From a virus, in IMG/VR virus record IMGVR_UViG_3300036771_000101, positions 1-64,000 of that record: a stretch of 64,000 bases of DNA; one strand, given 5' to 3'. The translations under genes were made by a program, and so were the position numbers. The notes below the pieces were generated by a model. It was not told the origin of the DNA. It saw nothing but the letters and a program-made list of their open reading frames with translations, and searched no databases. Of the stretch, positions 6,741 to 16,054 are shown in pieces (within the stretch, counting starts at the first letter, position 1; each line of letters begins with the position of its first letter).

Positions 6741-8582
6741 ATGGCCCGCAGGATCAACGATGCTCTGGATCTGACCTACAACGAGATCCAGAACGTTGTA
6801 GCCCAGAACCTGAGTGCCGACCCTGGCTCCGGTGTGGTTGATGGGCGGCTGTACTACTCCACGGCTCTCAACGCGCTGCGTCTGCGGGCAGGGGGCTCAT
6901 GGACCACGCTGGCGTCCGGGGCTGGTTACACAGACGAAGCGGCACAGGATGCTGTTGGCACGGCGTTTGCCAACGGCACCCAGTCGGGGGTCACCGTCAC
7001 TTACAACGACGGGGCCAACAGTCTCTCGATCGCCGTCACCAATGACGAGACGTTCCAGGATCAGGTTGGAGCGTTCCTGGGAACGAACACTGGTTCGACC
7101 GGGATCACGGCCACTTACGACGACACCAACAACCGGATGAATCTGGCGGTTGCCTACGCCGCTCCGGGGTTGACCCTGGGGACGAGCAACTCCGCCGGGT
7201 CGGCCAACACCGCTCTGCGGACAGACGCTACCATCGCCATTTTCGACGCCACCGTGCCGGTGAGCCAGGCGTTCGGGGATACGGCGGCGACCGGTTCCGC
7301 GGCCTTCGCTGCGCACCGGGACCACACCCACGGGATGCCCGCCAACCCGGTGAGCTACGCCTCGCCGGGGCTGACGCTGGGGACGTCCAACGCGGCTGGT
7401 TCGGCGACGACACTGATTCGTTCCGACGCCACCATCGCCGTCTTCGACGCCACGGCTCCGGTCACTCAGGCGTACAGCGACAGCGCGGCGACGGGTTCGG
7501 TGGCGGTGACAGCACGACGGGACCACAAGCATGGCATGCCCGCTCACGGTCTCACTCAGCACCAGGAACTCATCGCCACTTCCGATCTGACCGACTGGCC
7601 CCGCACGGCGGCGCTCGACCTGAACAGCCAGAAGATCACTGGTCTGGCTGACGGTTCGGCTGCCACCGACGCGGCGACCTTCGGGCAGCTGTCGGCAGCG
7701 GTGGCGGGGTTCGACTGGAAGGAGCCGGTTCACGCGGCGACGACAGCCACCGTCACTCTGGCTGGGGGTGCTCCTAACGCCATCGATGGTGTGACCCTGG
7801 TGGTGAACGACCGGGTCCTGGTCAAGAACCAGGGCACCGCCAGTGAGAATGGCGTCTACGTCGTGACCACTCTCGGGACCGGTGTGAACGGCACCTGGAA
7901 CCGGGCGACCGACATGGACGCGGCTGCTGAAGTCAACCAGGCCACGGTGCTCGTTGAGGCCGGTACGGTCAGCCAGGGCGACATCTACCAGCAGACCGCC
8001 ACCGTGACGACGTTGGGTTCGGACACCGTCACGTGGACCAAGGTCTCCGAGGGCAACACGCTTTACAGCGCCGACGGCACCACGCTGACGCTGACTGGCA
8101 CCCAGTTCTCGGTGACCAGCGCCGGGATCACCGGGACGCAACTCGCTGCCTCGGTAGCGGGCAACGGTCTGGCCGGTGGTGCGGGTTCTGCTCTCTCCGT
8201 CAACGTCGATTCCACCACCATCGAAATCAACGCCGACACGTTGCGGGTCGCAGCCTCCGCGGCGGGTAACGGGTTGACCGGTGGTGGTGGGTCGGCGCTG
8301 GCGGTCGGCGCCGGAACTGGTGTGAGCGTGGCAGCTGACTCGGTGGCGGTCGACCACGCGACGGTGCCGATGCTTTACGCTACGGCTCTGGCTGGTGGGG
8401 CCACGTCGGAGGTCATCACCCACAGTCTCGGGACGCGAGATGTGCAGGCCACGGTGTACCTGTCCAGCGGCACCTACGCCGAAGAGGATTTCTCCATCGA
8501 GCGGACGACGACGAACACGGTCACGGTCCGGAGCTCGGTGAGCATCCCCTCCTCCACCTACCGGATCGTCGTCTTCGGGTAA
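6741..8582 (+). CDS. fibre protein (head, neck or tail fibre)
   Basis: 613 aa Thr/Ala/Gly-rich; duplicated DHxHGMP module, 'KITGLADGSAATDAATFGQL' knot, 'DWKEPV...DRVLVKNQ...ENGVY' fibre domain. Confidence 0.8.
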   Translation: MARRINDALDLTYNEIQNVVAQNLSADPGSGVVDGRLYYSTALNALRLRAGGSWTTLASGAGYTDEAAQDAVGTAFANGTQSGVTVTYNDGANSLSIAVTNDETFQDQVGAFLGTNTGSTGITATYDDTNNRMNLAVAYAAPGLTLGTSNSAGSANTALRTDATIAIFDATVPVSQAFGDTAATGSAAFAAHRDHTHGMPANPVSYASPGLTLGTSNAAGSATTLIRSDATIAVFDATAPVTQAYSDSAATGSVAVTARRDHKHGMPAHGLTQHQELIATSDLTDWPRTAALDLNSQKITGLADGSAATDAATFGQLSAAVAGFDWKEPVHAATTATVTLAGGAPNAIDGVTLVVNDRVLVKNQGTASENGVYVVTTLGTGVNGTWNRATDMDAAAEVNQATVLVEAGTVSQGDIYQQTATVTTLGSDTVTWTKVSEGNTLYSADGTTLTLTGTQFSVTSAGITGTQLAASVAGNGLAGGAGSALSVNVDSTTIEINADTLRVAASAAGNGLTGGGGSALAVGAGTGVSVAADSVAVDHATVPMLYATALAGGATSEVITHSLGTRDVQATVYLSSGTYAEEDFSIERTTTNTVTVRSSVSIPSSTYRIVVFG

Positions 8583-8590
8583 GGAGCCCC

Positions 8591-8758
8591 ATGAACAAAA
8601 AGCAAGCACTCTCCATGCTCGCCTTCATCTCTGATCTGTACGCCATCATCCAGGAGACGAACGCCAAGGAGGCGGCAGAGGCGGCAGCGCAAGTGACTGC
8701 CAACGGCAAGGTTCCGGCTGAAAGTTCGTGGCAAGCAGAGCCTGTGACGACTGACTGA
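8591..8758 (+). CDS. small protein (55 aa), possible fibre chaperone
   Basis: SD AAGGAG, ATG 8591, MNKKQALSMLAFISDLYAII...; TGATG overlap with the next gene; below the ORF-track cutoff. Confidence 0.6.
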   Translation: MNKKQALSMLAFISDLYAIIQETNAKEAAEAAAQVTANGKVPAESSWQAEPVTTD

Positions 8759-10110
8759 TGCCGCGCAGGACCAACGACGCGCTCGAAGTCATCGAGCAGG
8801 CTGCTCCGTCGAATCCTGCGTCTGGCGCGCTCCGGCTCTACGCCGGTACGGATCATCTGATCCACGCTCTCGACTCGTCGGGGATCGACACGGCGCTGAC
8901 GGTGTTCTCGACGCTCGGGTCGGGCACGAACTCGGTCCAGGTTGGCCCCAGTGCAGCGGCTTCGTCTACGCAGGCCATCGCCATTGGCGAGAATGCTCGG
9001 GCGACGACCGCCAACGAGACGATCGCCATCGGTGGCGGGACCAATACAACGGCGTCGCCTCTTGCCAACGCCCAGGGTGCCATCGCCATTGGTGCGTCCG
9101 ATGGCGCGGCCGTCAACGGAGCCAGGGCGAGTGCGGCCAATGCCATCGCTATCGGGAGTGGCGATGCGTCGACCGCCGGGGCGACCGCAAGCACTAGCAG
9201 TGTCGCGATCGGTAAAGGTGCGACCGCCACCTCTTCGACAATCGCCATCGGTCAGAATGCGACTGACGCAGGCAACAGTGGCTGCGTGGTCATCGGGGTC
9301 TCGGCAGGGGCGTCATCCACCAGTGCTATAGCCATCGGCACCTCGACAAGCGCGGCGTCGAACAGCATCGTCATCGGCGCCAGCGGAAGCTCCAGCGGCG
9401 GCAGCTCCGTCGGGATCGGGAAGTCAGTCAGTGCCACCAGTGCTCAGGCCGTCGCCATTGGGACGAACGCCAGGGCTACCACCGGTAACGAAGCTATCGC
9501 CATCGGTAGCGGCACCAACAACACGATGTCGGCGTTTGCTAACGCCCAAGGCGCAATCGCCATCGGGTCCTCGGACAGTGCGTCAGTCGCCGGAGCGAGG
9601 GCGTCCAACACTCTCACTATCGCCATCGGTTCGGGTGACGGATCCTCGGCTGGGGCGTCTGCGGGAGGGACATCGGCGATTGCCATAGGAGCGACCGCCA
9701 ACGCAGCGCAGACATACAGCCTTGCGCTTGGCTACTTTGCGTCGTCGGCGGCATCGAGTGCTATCGCCATAGGTTCGGGGAACACCACTGGGTCCACCGG
9801 TAGAGCGCCGTACGCGTCGGGGAACGGCAGCCTGGCTCTCGGTGGGAGTTTCAGTGGCACCGGGTCGAAGGCGAGCGGGACTGATGCGATTGCGATTGGC
9901 GGCTCGTTCCTGGGCGTTGGGGCTTCCGCGACGGGGACGGACTCCATTGCCGTCGGGCGTCAGGCGAGTTCCGCGTATGTGCGCTCTGTGGCTGTTGGGC
10001 AAGGAGCCATGACAACTCAGGACAATCAGATTGTGCTCGGCGTGGTCGGTGACACGGTGGTTGCCCGCACGTTCGCCACTCGTCTTTCGGCACGAACGTT
10101 CTACAGGTAG
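8758..10110 (+). CDS. fibre/adhesin with YadA-head-like (AIAIG) repeats, paralog 1
   Basis: More than 20 (A/S)IAIG-type repeats of ~14 aa, ending QIVLG. Confidence 0.8.
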   Translation: MPRRTNDALEVIEQAAPSNPASGALRLYAGTDHLIHALDSSGIDTALTVFSTLGSGTNSVQVGPSAAASSTQAIAIGENARATTANETIAIGGGTNTTASPLANAQGAIAIGASDGAAVNGARASAANAIAIGSGDASTAGATASTSSVAIGKGATATSSTIAIGQNATDAGNSGCVVIGVSAGASSTSAIAIGTSTSAASNSIVIGASGSSSGGSSVGIGKSVSATSAQAVAIGTNARATTGNEAIAIGSGTNNTMSAFANAQGAIAIGSSDSASVAGARASNTLTIAIGSGDGSSAGASAGGTSAIAIGATANAAQTYSLALGYFASSAASSAIAIGSGNTTGSTGRAPYASGNGSLALGGSFSGTGSKASGTDAIAIGGSFLGVGASATGTDSIAVGRQASSAYVRSVAVGQGAMTTQDNQIVLGVVGDTVVARTFATRLSARTFYR

Positions 10111-10119
10111 GAGATCGGG

Positions 10120-10719
10120 ATGGCAGCTGATCCGCAGTTTGCAGCGCTTCCGGCGATCGGGGCAGTCGCTGTCTCGGCGACCATCGAAACGTCATATACC
10201 ACTCCGGCGCAGTCGGTGACGATCTTCAAGGCGACTGGTCCGAGGGTTGTGACCGATGGTGCCACGAACTCGAACTTCACGGTGACGTCGGCAACGCTGG
10301 CTTTCGGGGCGGGCGACATCGGTCGGACGATCTCTGGCGGCACGATTCCGGTTGGCACGACGATTACGGCGGTCGGTTCGGCAACGTCGGTGACGATCTC
10401 GGCCGCGGCGACGAGCACGGCGACCGGTGTGACGCTGACTCTGGGCGGCGGGCAGGGGTCGAAGATCGAGGAGATCGTCATCGAGGGAACGGGCACGACT
10501 CTGGCGGGCGTGATCGTCTACTCGCTCTACGACGGGACCACGTACCACTCCTTCGATTCGACGGTGGTGACGGCGGTTACGCCTTCGACTACGACTGCGC
10601 CGTTCCGGGCGTCGCAGCGCTACACGAACTTGATCCTGCCGCCGGGCTGGAGCTTGGTGGCGTCGTCGTGGGTGGCGAGCCAGCTGGCGAAGGTGACAGC
10701 GCTGGGCGGGAACTTCTGA
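10120..10719 (+). CDS. virion protein, paralog of 35827-36234
   Basis: Shares MAxDPQFAA, KIEEIVI and VTAVTPS..TTAPFR.S..YTNL. Confidence 0.75.
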   Translation: MAADPQFAALPAIGAVAVSATIETSYTTPAQSVTIFKATGPRVVTDGATNSNFTVTSATLAFGAGDIGRTISGGTIPVGTTITAVGSATSVTISAAATSTATGVTLTLGGGQGSKIEEIVIEGTGTTLAGVIVYSLYDGTTYHSFDSTVVTAVTPSTTTAPFRASQRYTNLILPPGWSLVASSWVASQLAKVTALGGNF

Positions 10720-11696
10720 TGAGCAACTCGGGGCTGGTCTCTGGTTGGAAGCGGCCAGCCTTCCCGTTGGCCGACTCGACTGGGGCGATCGCTATCGGCG
10801 AGTCCGTCGATAGCGGCACCGACGCGACGGTCAACGAGATTGCGATCGGGAACAACGCCAAGGCGTCGTGGGCCAAAGCGTCTGGTGGTAGCACTGGTAC
10901 TGGGGCCAGCCCAATCGCCATAGGTTCCGGATCGGCGGGGGTGAATGGTCCCTGGGCAACTGCTGATGGGGCCATTGCCATCGGTGGCGGTCTGGGGACG
11001 AAGAACGGTCCGCGAGCAGCAACATCCAATTCGATCGCTATCGGTTCAAGCACGCCGAGCGGCGTAGGGCCCGTAGCGGGATCGCTCGGCGGAGAGTGCA
11101 TCGCCATCGGAAGGCAGGCTTCGGCGCTTGATACGGCGTCGATTGCCATTGGGTCTGCAGCGAGCGGATCCACGCACAACAACATCGTCATGGGTCAAAG
11201 CTCTTCCTCCAGCGGCGCATACGGAATTGCGATCGGAGCGAGTTCGAAAGTGACCGTCGACTCAGCAATGGCGCTGGGCCGGTCAGCGGATGCGGAGGCT
11301 CAGAGCGCCATTGCTATCGGGGCGTTTGCGACAACCTGGGGTTACCAAGGCGTCACCATTGGTGGCGGTCTCAACACGACGAACTGTCCAGTGGCGAACA
11401 GCCAGGGGAGTATCGCTATCGGTGCGGCGTCGGGAACTGCCGTCAACGGGGCGAGAGGGAATGGCAACTTCTCCATTGCCATTGGCTGTGGAGACGCCAC
11501 CGTTGCCGGAGCGTCGGCCGGTGCGGATGCGATCGCTCTAGGACGTGGGGCATCTGCTCCATATTCGCGTTCAATTGCCGTCGGTCAGGGAGCAACGGCG
11601 ACTCAGGCGAACCAGATCGTGCTGGGAATCGTTGGCGACACGGTCGTGGCGAGGACGTACATCGGCCGGTTGGCGGCGCGGGCGGACCTCAGGTGA
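10719..11696 (+). CDS. YadA-head-like repeat fibre, paralog 2
   Basis: ATG overlaps the previous TGA; AIAIG repeats; N-terminus MSNSGLVSGWKR shared with paralog 3. Confidence 0.8.
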   Translation: MSNSGLVSGWKRPAFPLADSTGAIAIGESVDSGTDATVNEIAIGNNAKASWAKASGGSTGTGASPIAIGSGSAGVNGPWATADGAIAIGGGLGTKNGPRAATSNSIAIGSSTPSGVGPVAGSLGGECIAIGRQASALDTASIAIGSAASGSTHNNIVMGQSSSSSGAYGIAIGASSKVTVDSAMALGRSADAEAQSAIAIGAFATTWGYQGVTIGGGLNTTNCPVANSQGSIAIGAASGTAVNGARGNGNFSIAIGCGDATVAGASAGADAIALGRGASAPYSRSIAVGQGATATQANQIVLGIVGDTVVARTYIGRLAARADLR

Positions 11697-13363
11697 GCAA
11701 CAACGGCGTTCTGAGCGGGTGGAAGCGGACGACGCGACAGATTGCCGACTCGACTGGCGCGATCGGCATCGGCGAGAGCGCCGACTCTGGGTCTGACGCG
11801 ACAATCAACGAGGTTGCTATCGGGAATTGGGCGCGGGCGGCTGGTGGTAGCGAAGCCATCGCCATCGGGAGTGGGAGGAGCATCGTTTCGGCTCCGAACG
11901 CCACGGCTCAGGGCGCTATCGCGATCGGAGCCTCTGATGGCCTGACGGCAGTGGGCGCTATTGCCTCTGGTGTTCGGGCGGTGGCGATCGGATCGGGTTC
12001 GGCGACTCAGCTTGGTGCTTCGGCAGGTGGCGCTCAGGCCGTCGCCATCGGTGGATCGTGCTCGGGTAATGCCTCCAGTGTGGTTTCGATCGGGTTTAAC
12101 ACCAACGCCTCAGGGGCGAACGGAACGGCTTTGGGCACGAGTGCTTCGGCGAGTGCGACGGATACAGTTGCCTTGGGGGCCAGCGCCGCGGCTTCCGCCA
12201 TCCAGGCCATCGCCATCGGTCGCTCCGCACAAGCGGCTGCGACCTACGCCATCGCCTTTGGTTTCAACAGTTACGTTGGTAGTGGCAATGAAGCCATAGC
12301 GATCGGCGGTGGTCCTAGCGGATCTTCCGGTGCCCAGGCGAGCGCTCAGGGCGGAATCGCTATCGGAGGGTCGGACGGGTCGTCGGTCAACGGGGCGAGA
12401 GCGTCTGGCATAACTTCCCTTGCCATCGGCTCTGGGGACGCGGCGAACGCGGGAGCGTCAGCGTCAGCTGCTGACTGCATTGCCCTCGGTCGGGCGTCTC
12501 TTGCTGACGGTACGGACTGTGTCTCTATCGGGCGTGGGTCGCATGGTGGTAACAGCGGCACGCGTAACGTGGCTCTTGGTGTTAGCTCCATTGCTGGCAG
12601 TACTTCAACGGTGGCTGTTGGAGATTCCGCTAGCAGCAGCAGCAACTACGATGTGGCGGTTGGGTTCAATGCTTCAGCCCAGGGCGGGGGTTGTGTTGCT
12701 CTGGGCGGGGGTCAAAGCTCAACTGCAAGAGCCACAGCGAGCGGCACCCGCTCCATTGCGATCGGCGGGTCGGGCGGTAGCGGCATCGCCGGGTCAGTGG
12801 CCTCTGCTGCAAACGCCATTGCCATCGGCACGGGCGACGCCGCAGTGGTCGGGGCTTCAGCTACCGCTGCGGACGCCATCGCTTTGGGGCGGCATGCGAG
12901 CGCGGGGCATTCCCGAGGTGTGGCAATCGGTCAGGGAGCAGCGACCTCTGCGGCCAACCAGATCGTCCTCGGTGTCGCCAACGATCTGATTGTCGGGGCC
13001 GGGGTGAACGTGCTGGAGGAGATGGCGCCGTTCTCCGGAGCGGGAACGCTTGCTGTCGGCGCTGGCGTCGGACGCTTCCGTTTCCCGTTCCCTGCAACGA
13101 TCATCGGCGTGACGGCGGCAGTCAACACGGCTCCGGTGGGAGCAGCGATCATTCTCGACGTCGACAAAAACGGCACGACGATCTTCACGACGCAGGCCAA
13201 CCGTCCGTCGATCGCGGACGGAGCGAACGCGACGGCCTCGGAAGCCGTTCCGGATGTCACTTCTATGTCGGCTGGGGATTACCTCACGGTGGATCGCGAT
13301 CAGGTCGGTAGCACTGCGGCCGGAGCGGATCTCACCGTCTTCATTCGGTATCGGAGGACATGA
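11693..13363 (+). CDS. YadA-head-like repeat fibre, paralog 3, with C-terminal beta-sandwich domain
   Basis: AIAIG repeats; C-terminal 'PATIIGV...TTIFTTQANRPSI...GDYLTVDRDQVGSTAAGADLTV' also seen in 48090-49454. Confidence 0.8.
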   Translation: MSNNGVLSGWKRTTRQIADSTGAIGIGESADSGSDATINEVAIGNWARAAGGSEAIAIGSGRSIVSAPNATAQGAIAIGASDGLTAVGAIASGVRAVAIGSGSATQLGASAGGAQAVAIGGSCSGNASSVVSIGFNTNASGANGTALGTSASASATDTVALGASAAASAIQAIAIGRSAQAAATYAIAFGFNSYVGSGNEAIAIGGGPSGSSGAQASAQGGIAIGGSDGSSVNGARASGITSLAIGSGDAANAGASASAADCIALGRASLADGTDCVSIGRGSHGGNSGTRNVALGVSSIAGSTSTVAVGDSASSSSNYDVAVGFNASAQGGGCVALGGGQSSTARATASGTRSIAIGGSGGSGIAGSVASAANAIAIGTGDAAVVGASATAADAIALGRHASAGHSRGVAIGQGAATSAANQIVLGVANDLIVGAGVNVLEEMAPFSGAGTLAVGAGVGRFRFPFPATIIGVTAAVNTAPVGAAIILDVDKNGTTIFTTQANRPSIADGANATASEAVPDVTSMSAGDYLTVDRDQVGSTAAGADLTVFIRYRRT

Positions 13364-13674
13364 TGCCCTTTACGCTCTACTACAACCACGAAGACCTCAC
13401 CAGGATTGCGGCGAACGTTCGTCAAGGGATGGTGGATCATCGACTTCACGCCCAGGAGCTCTGGCGGGGTGGGCTCGACAACTGGACCAACTCTCCGCTG
13501 GCTTCAGTTGAACGTCAGCAAGGCGATCCGGGCGTGCGAGCAGTGCACGTCGACACCGGGAAGGTGGAGCATCTCCAGACCCTGCTGAAGATCATCGCTG
13601 CACGCGTGTTGGGGGCGAGCTATCTCAACGCCATCGCCGAGGATCTCCCGAACCACGCGGAGGACATCAAGTGA
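13360..13674 (+). CDS. hypothetical protein (paralog of next gene)
   Basis: FTLYYNHEDLT..AAN...W..G...WTNSPLA. Confidence 0.7.
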   Translation: MMPFTLYYNHEDLTRIAANVRQGMVDHRLHAQELWRGGLDNWTNSPLASVERQQGDPGVRAVHVDTGKVEHLQTLLKIIAARVLGASYLNAIAEDLPNHAEDIK

Positions 13675-14063
13675 GCAAATTCGCGATGTTCTACAACCAC
13701 GTCGACCTGACGCCAGCGGCAGCGAATACGGCGGAACAACTGTTCAGCGGGTTGTCGGCTGACGACCAAGCCATGGCGAACAGCTTCTGGGATCACGGCA
13801 TGTCGGCTTGGTCGAACGCACCCTATGCTGCCGACGACCCACTGGCAGCGCCGCACGGAGAAGGGGACGCTGACTGTCGGATCCTCGTCATCGATGATCC
13901 CACCTACACGCTGGAGGATCTGCGTGGCCTGTTCGCTCGGATGAGCAACCTCATTCCGGAGGCTGGATACCTCCAGAGCCTCGCCAACGACATGGCTGGT
14001 TGGGCCGGAGCAGTTGACCCGTGGCCTCCGAACCCAGAAGACATCAATCCTCCGGGAGCGTAA
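13671..14063 (+). CDS. hypothetical protein (paralog of previous gene)
   Basis: FAMFYNHVDLT..AAN...W..G...WSNAPYA. Confidence 0.7.
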   Translation: MSKFAMFYNHVDLTPAAANTAEQLFSGLSADDQAMANSFWDHGMSAWSNAPYAADDPLAAPHGEGDADCRILVIDDPTYTLEDLRGLFARMSNLIPEAGYLQSLANDMAGWAGAVDPWPPNPEDINPPGA

Positions 14064-14537
14064 ATGGCGCTGTATGTTGCAACGGCTGATGCCACTGCTC
14101 TGGTGGCGGCGACGGCGAAGACGTTGATAGCGGTGCAGGCGGGTGCCCAGGACAGGCTCACCATCGTGCAGTGGTGGGTGGAGTTCGACGGGGCGACAGC
14201 CACGGCTGTGCCGGTCAAAGTGGAACTTATTCGTGCCACGACGAACACGGCGGCGGGTACTCGTACTGCTCTCGGTACGACGAACAACAACCCGTATCGC
14301 GACTTCGAGGGAACGAGCGCGTTCCAGACGGCGAACTCCGGTGTTGCTTACTCAGCTGAACCGACATGGACAACGCAGGTTCCCCTTGAGCTCCATCGGG
14401 TGCCGCCCACTTCGGGGATCATGATGCAGTACCCCTTGGGGCGAGAGCCGTCGATCCCGGGAGGTTCGGCATTGCAGTTGCGAGTAACTGCCGCTGCGAT
14501 CGTCAACGCGACGTACGGCGTGGTGTGGGACGAGTGA
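14064..14537 (+). CDS. putative virion protein
   Basis: 157 aa beta-rich, in operon. Confidence 0.7.
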   Translation: MALYVATADATALVAATAKTLIAVQAGAQDRLTIVQWWVEFDGATATAVPVKVELIRATTNTAAGTRTALGTTNNNPYRDFEGTSAFQTANSGVAYSAEPTWTTQVPLELHRVPPTSGIMMQYPLGREPSIPGGSALQLRVTAAAIVNATYGVVWDE

Positions 14538-14540
14538 CGG

Positions 14541-15761
14541 GTGGCGCTCCAGTATCTCTGTGGCTTCGAGATGGGCCACCTTGAAGAGGTGTTCTCGATC
14601 ACGGGGTCTCCGACGGTCCAGACAACAACCGTTCGGAGTGGCACGTACGCGTTGCAATGCAATGCTGTGGCGGCGGCTACGTGGGTGCGGTTACAGAGCC
14701 GTGCTGCTGGAGGCACGAACCGTTCCCTCATGCAGTCGGCCCGATTCTATCTTCGGGTCGGGACGCTCCCTTCGTTGGCTTGCCAGATCTGTGCTGTCGG
14801 GACGGCATCTGGCGGAGCGCTGAACCTCCTACTCAACACGACCGGTACCCTGGCGGTGCGAGCGGGAACAACGACCAGGGCCACTTCGACCAGCACGTTG
14901 TCGGCAGATGGTTTGTGGCATCTCATCGAGTTCGACAACGGCTGGAGCGGCACAACCGTCGGAACGCGGGTGTTCGTAGACGGCGTTCAGTGGGCTTCGG
15001 ACGCTACCGACACATCGGTGACAACGACGACGACGGCTGATTTCGGGGTGATGACCGTAACGACAGCCAATCTCTACTTCGATGACATTGCCATCGGAGA
15101 CGATCCGATCACGACAGCGCTTGGAGCCAAGTACAGCCTCGCCATGTTGAAGCCAACGGCTGACAGTGCGAGGAGTGCTGGTTGGTTCCGGTGCGACGGC
15201 ACGACCACCACTGGTCTTTTCAATGAGGTCAACATCGTGCCGCCTGCCGGGAACACTTCTGTCGTGTTGGGCACCGGGAAGCACGTCAAGAATGCCGCTA
15301 GCTCCACGACTGATAACTATGACGCTACTTGTGCTGCGTACAACACGGTGGTTGGTGTGTATGACGAATGTTTGGCTGTTCAGGCGGTCACCAACTCTTC
15401 TCAGGAGGTCACCACCCAATCACCCAAGGCTGGAGCGATCGTCATTGCTTCGAATCCAACCGGTCAGACCGAGAGCTCCTTCGATTACGGTATCCCTAAC
15501 GGCACGGCTGGTTCGACCACAGCCGCGGCCATGGGTACCTTTCCCACTGGGTGGGGAACGAATGCCGGTCCGGTGACTGCTTGGCCTTCAGTTGATATCA
15601 CCACTGGGCCAGTGGTTCGAGTCGGGAAGCGGCAAGCAACGACCAGGGTGGTGGACGCCGACTACATGGGTGTCTACTTGATGTACGTACCGAACGTTCG
15701 GAAGCCACGACCGCCGTCTGTCGTGACGCGGGTGGCTGGAATCCGGGCTGGGAGCTACTGA
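14541..15761 (+). CDS. virion protein with lectin/LamG-like domain
   Basis: GFE...TTVRSGTYAL, ARFYLR, WHLIE, VFVDG, LYFDDIAI pattern. Confidence 0.7.
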   Translation: MALQYLCGFEMGHLEEVFSITGSPTVQTTTVRSGTYALQCNAVAAATWVRLQSRAAGGTNRSLMQSARFYLRVGTLPSLACQICAVGTASGGALNLLLNTTGTLAVRAGTTTRATSTSTLSADGLWHLIEFDNGWSGTTVGTRVFVDGVQWASDATDTSVTTTTTADFGVMTVTTANLYFDDIAIGDDPITTALGAKYSLAMLKPTADSARSAGWFRCDGTTTTGLFNEVNIVPPAGNTSVVLGTGKHVKNAASSTTDNYDATCAAYNTVVGVYDECLAVQAVTNSSQEVTTQSPKAGAIVIASNPTGQTESSFDYGIPNGTAGSTTAAAMGTFPTGWGTNAGPVTAWPSVDITTGPVVRVGKRQATTRVVDADYMGVYLMYVPNVRKPRPPSVVTRVAGIRAGSY

Positions 15762-16048
15762 TGGCACGTCTAGGAAGATCCATTCCGAGGTTGATGTCGA
15801 AGGTTCGTGCCCCGGTCCAGAACATTCAGTCTTACAGCGAGATCAAGTATCCGGATGCTGCTCTGGTGCAGACGAATCTGACCGGGGCGCTGTCGACAGT
15901 TCAAGACGATCCGGACAACCCGGATGTGAACTGGATGACTTCGGCGGGGGCGATTGAGCTTCGAGTGTCGTTTCCCTCTCCGACGGGCACGCCGATCGCC
16001 GGAGCGAAATTGCAGACGTTCAGGATTCGCGTTCGGCCAGGGTCGTAG
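15761..16048 (+). CDS. small virion protein carrying the N-half of the 'QDDPD' domain
   Basis: PDAALVQTNL..VQDDPDNPD..W..ELRVSFP.PTG..GA.LQ.FRIRVRPGS. Confidence 0.7.
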   Translation: MARLGRSIPRLMSKVRAPVQNIQSYSEIKYPDAALVQTNLTGALSTVQDDPDNPDVNWMTSAGAIELRVSFPSPTGTPIAGAKLQTFRIRVRPGS

Positions 16049-16054
16049 GCCGTC

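Noticed and set aside
6897-8609. Long antisense ORFs (also 1601-2677, 22134-23114, 26563-27729, 32186-33124, 55697-56890)
   Set aside because: Shadow frames of strongly GC3-biased genes on the opposite strand.
9960-12985. Diversity-generating retroelement TR/VR pairs among similar fibre gene ends
   Set aside because: Differences are not adenine-specific and no reverse transcriptase is present in the window.
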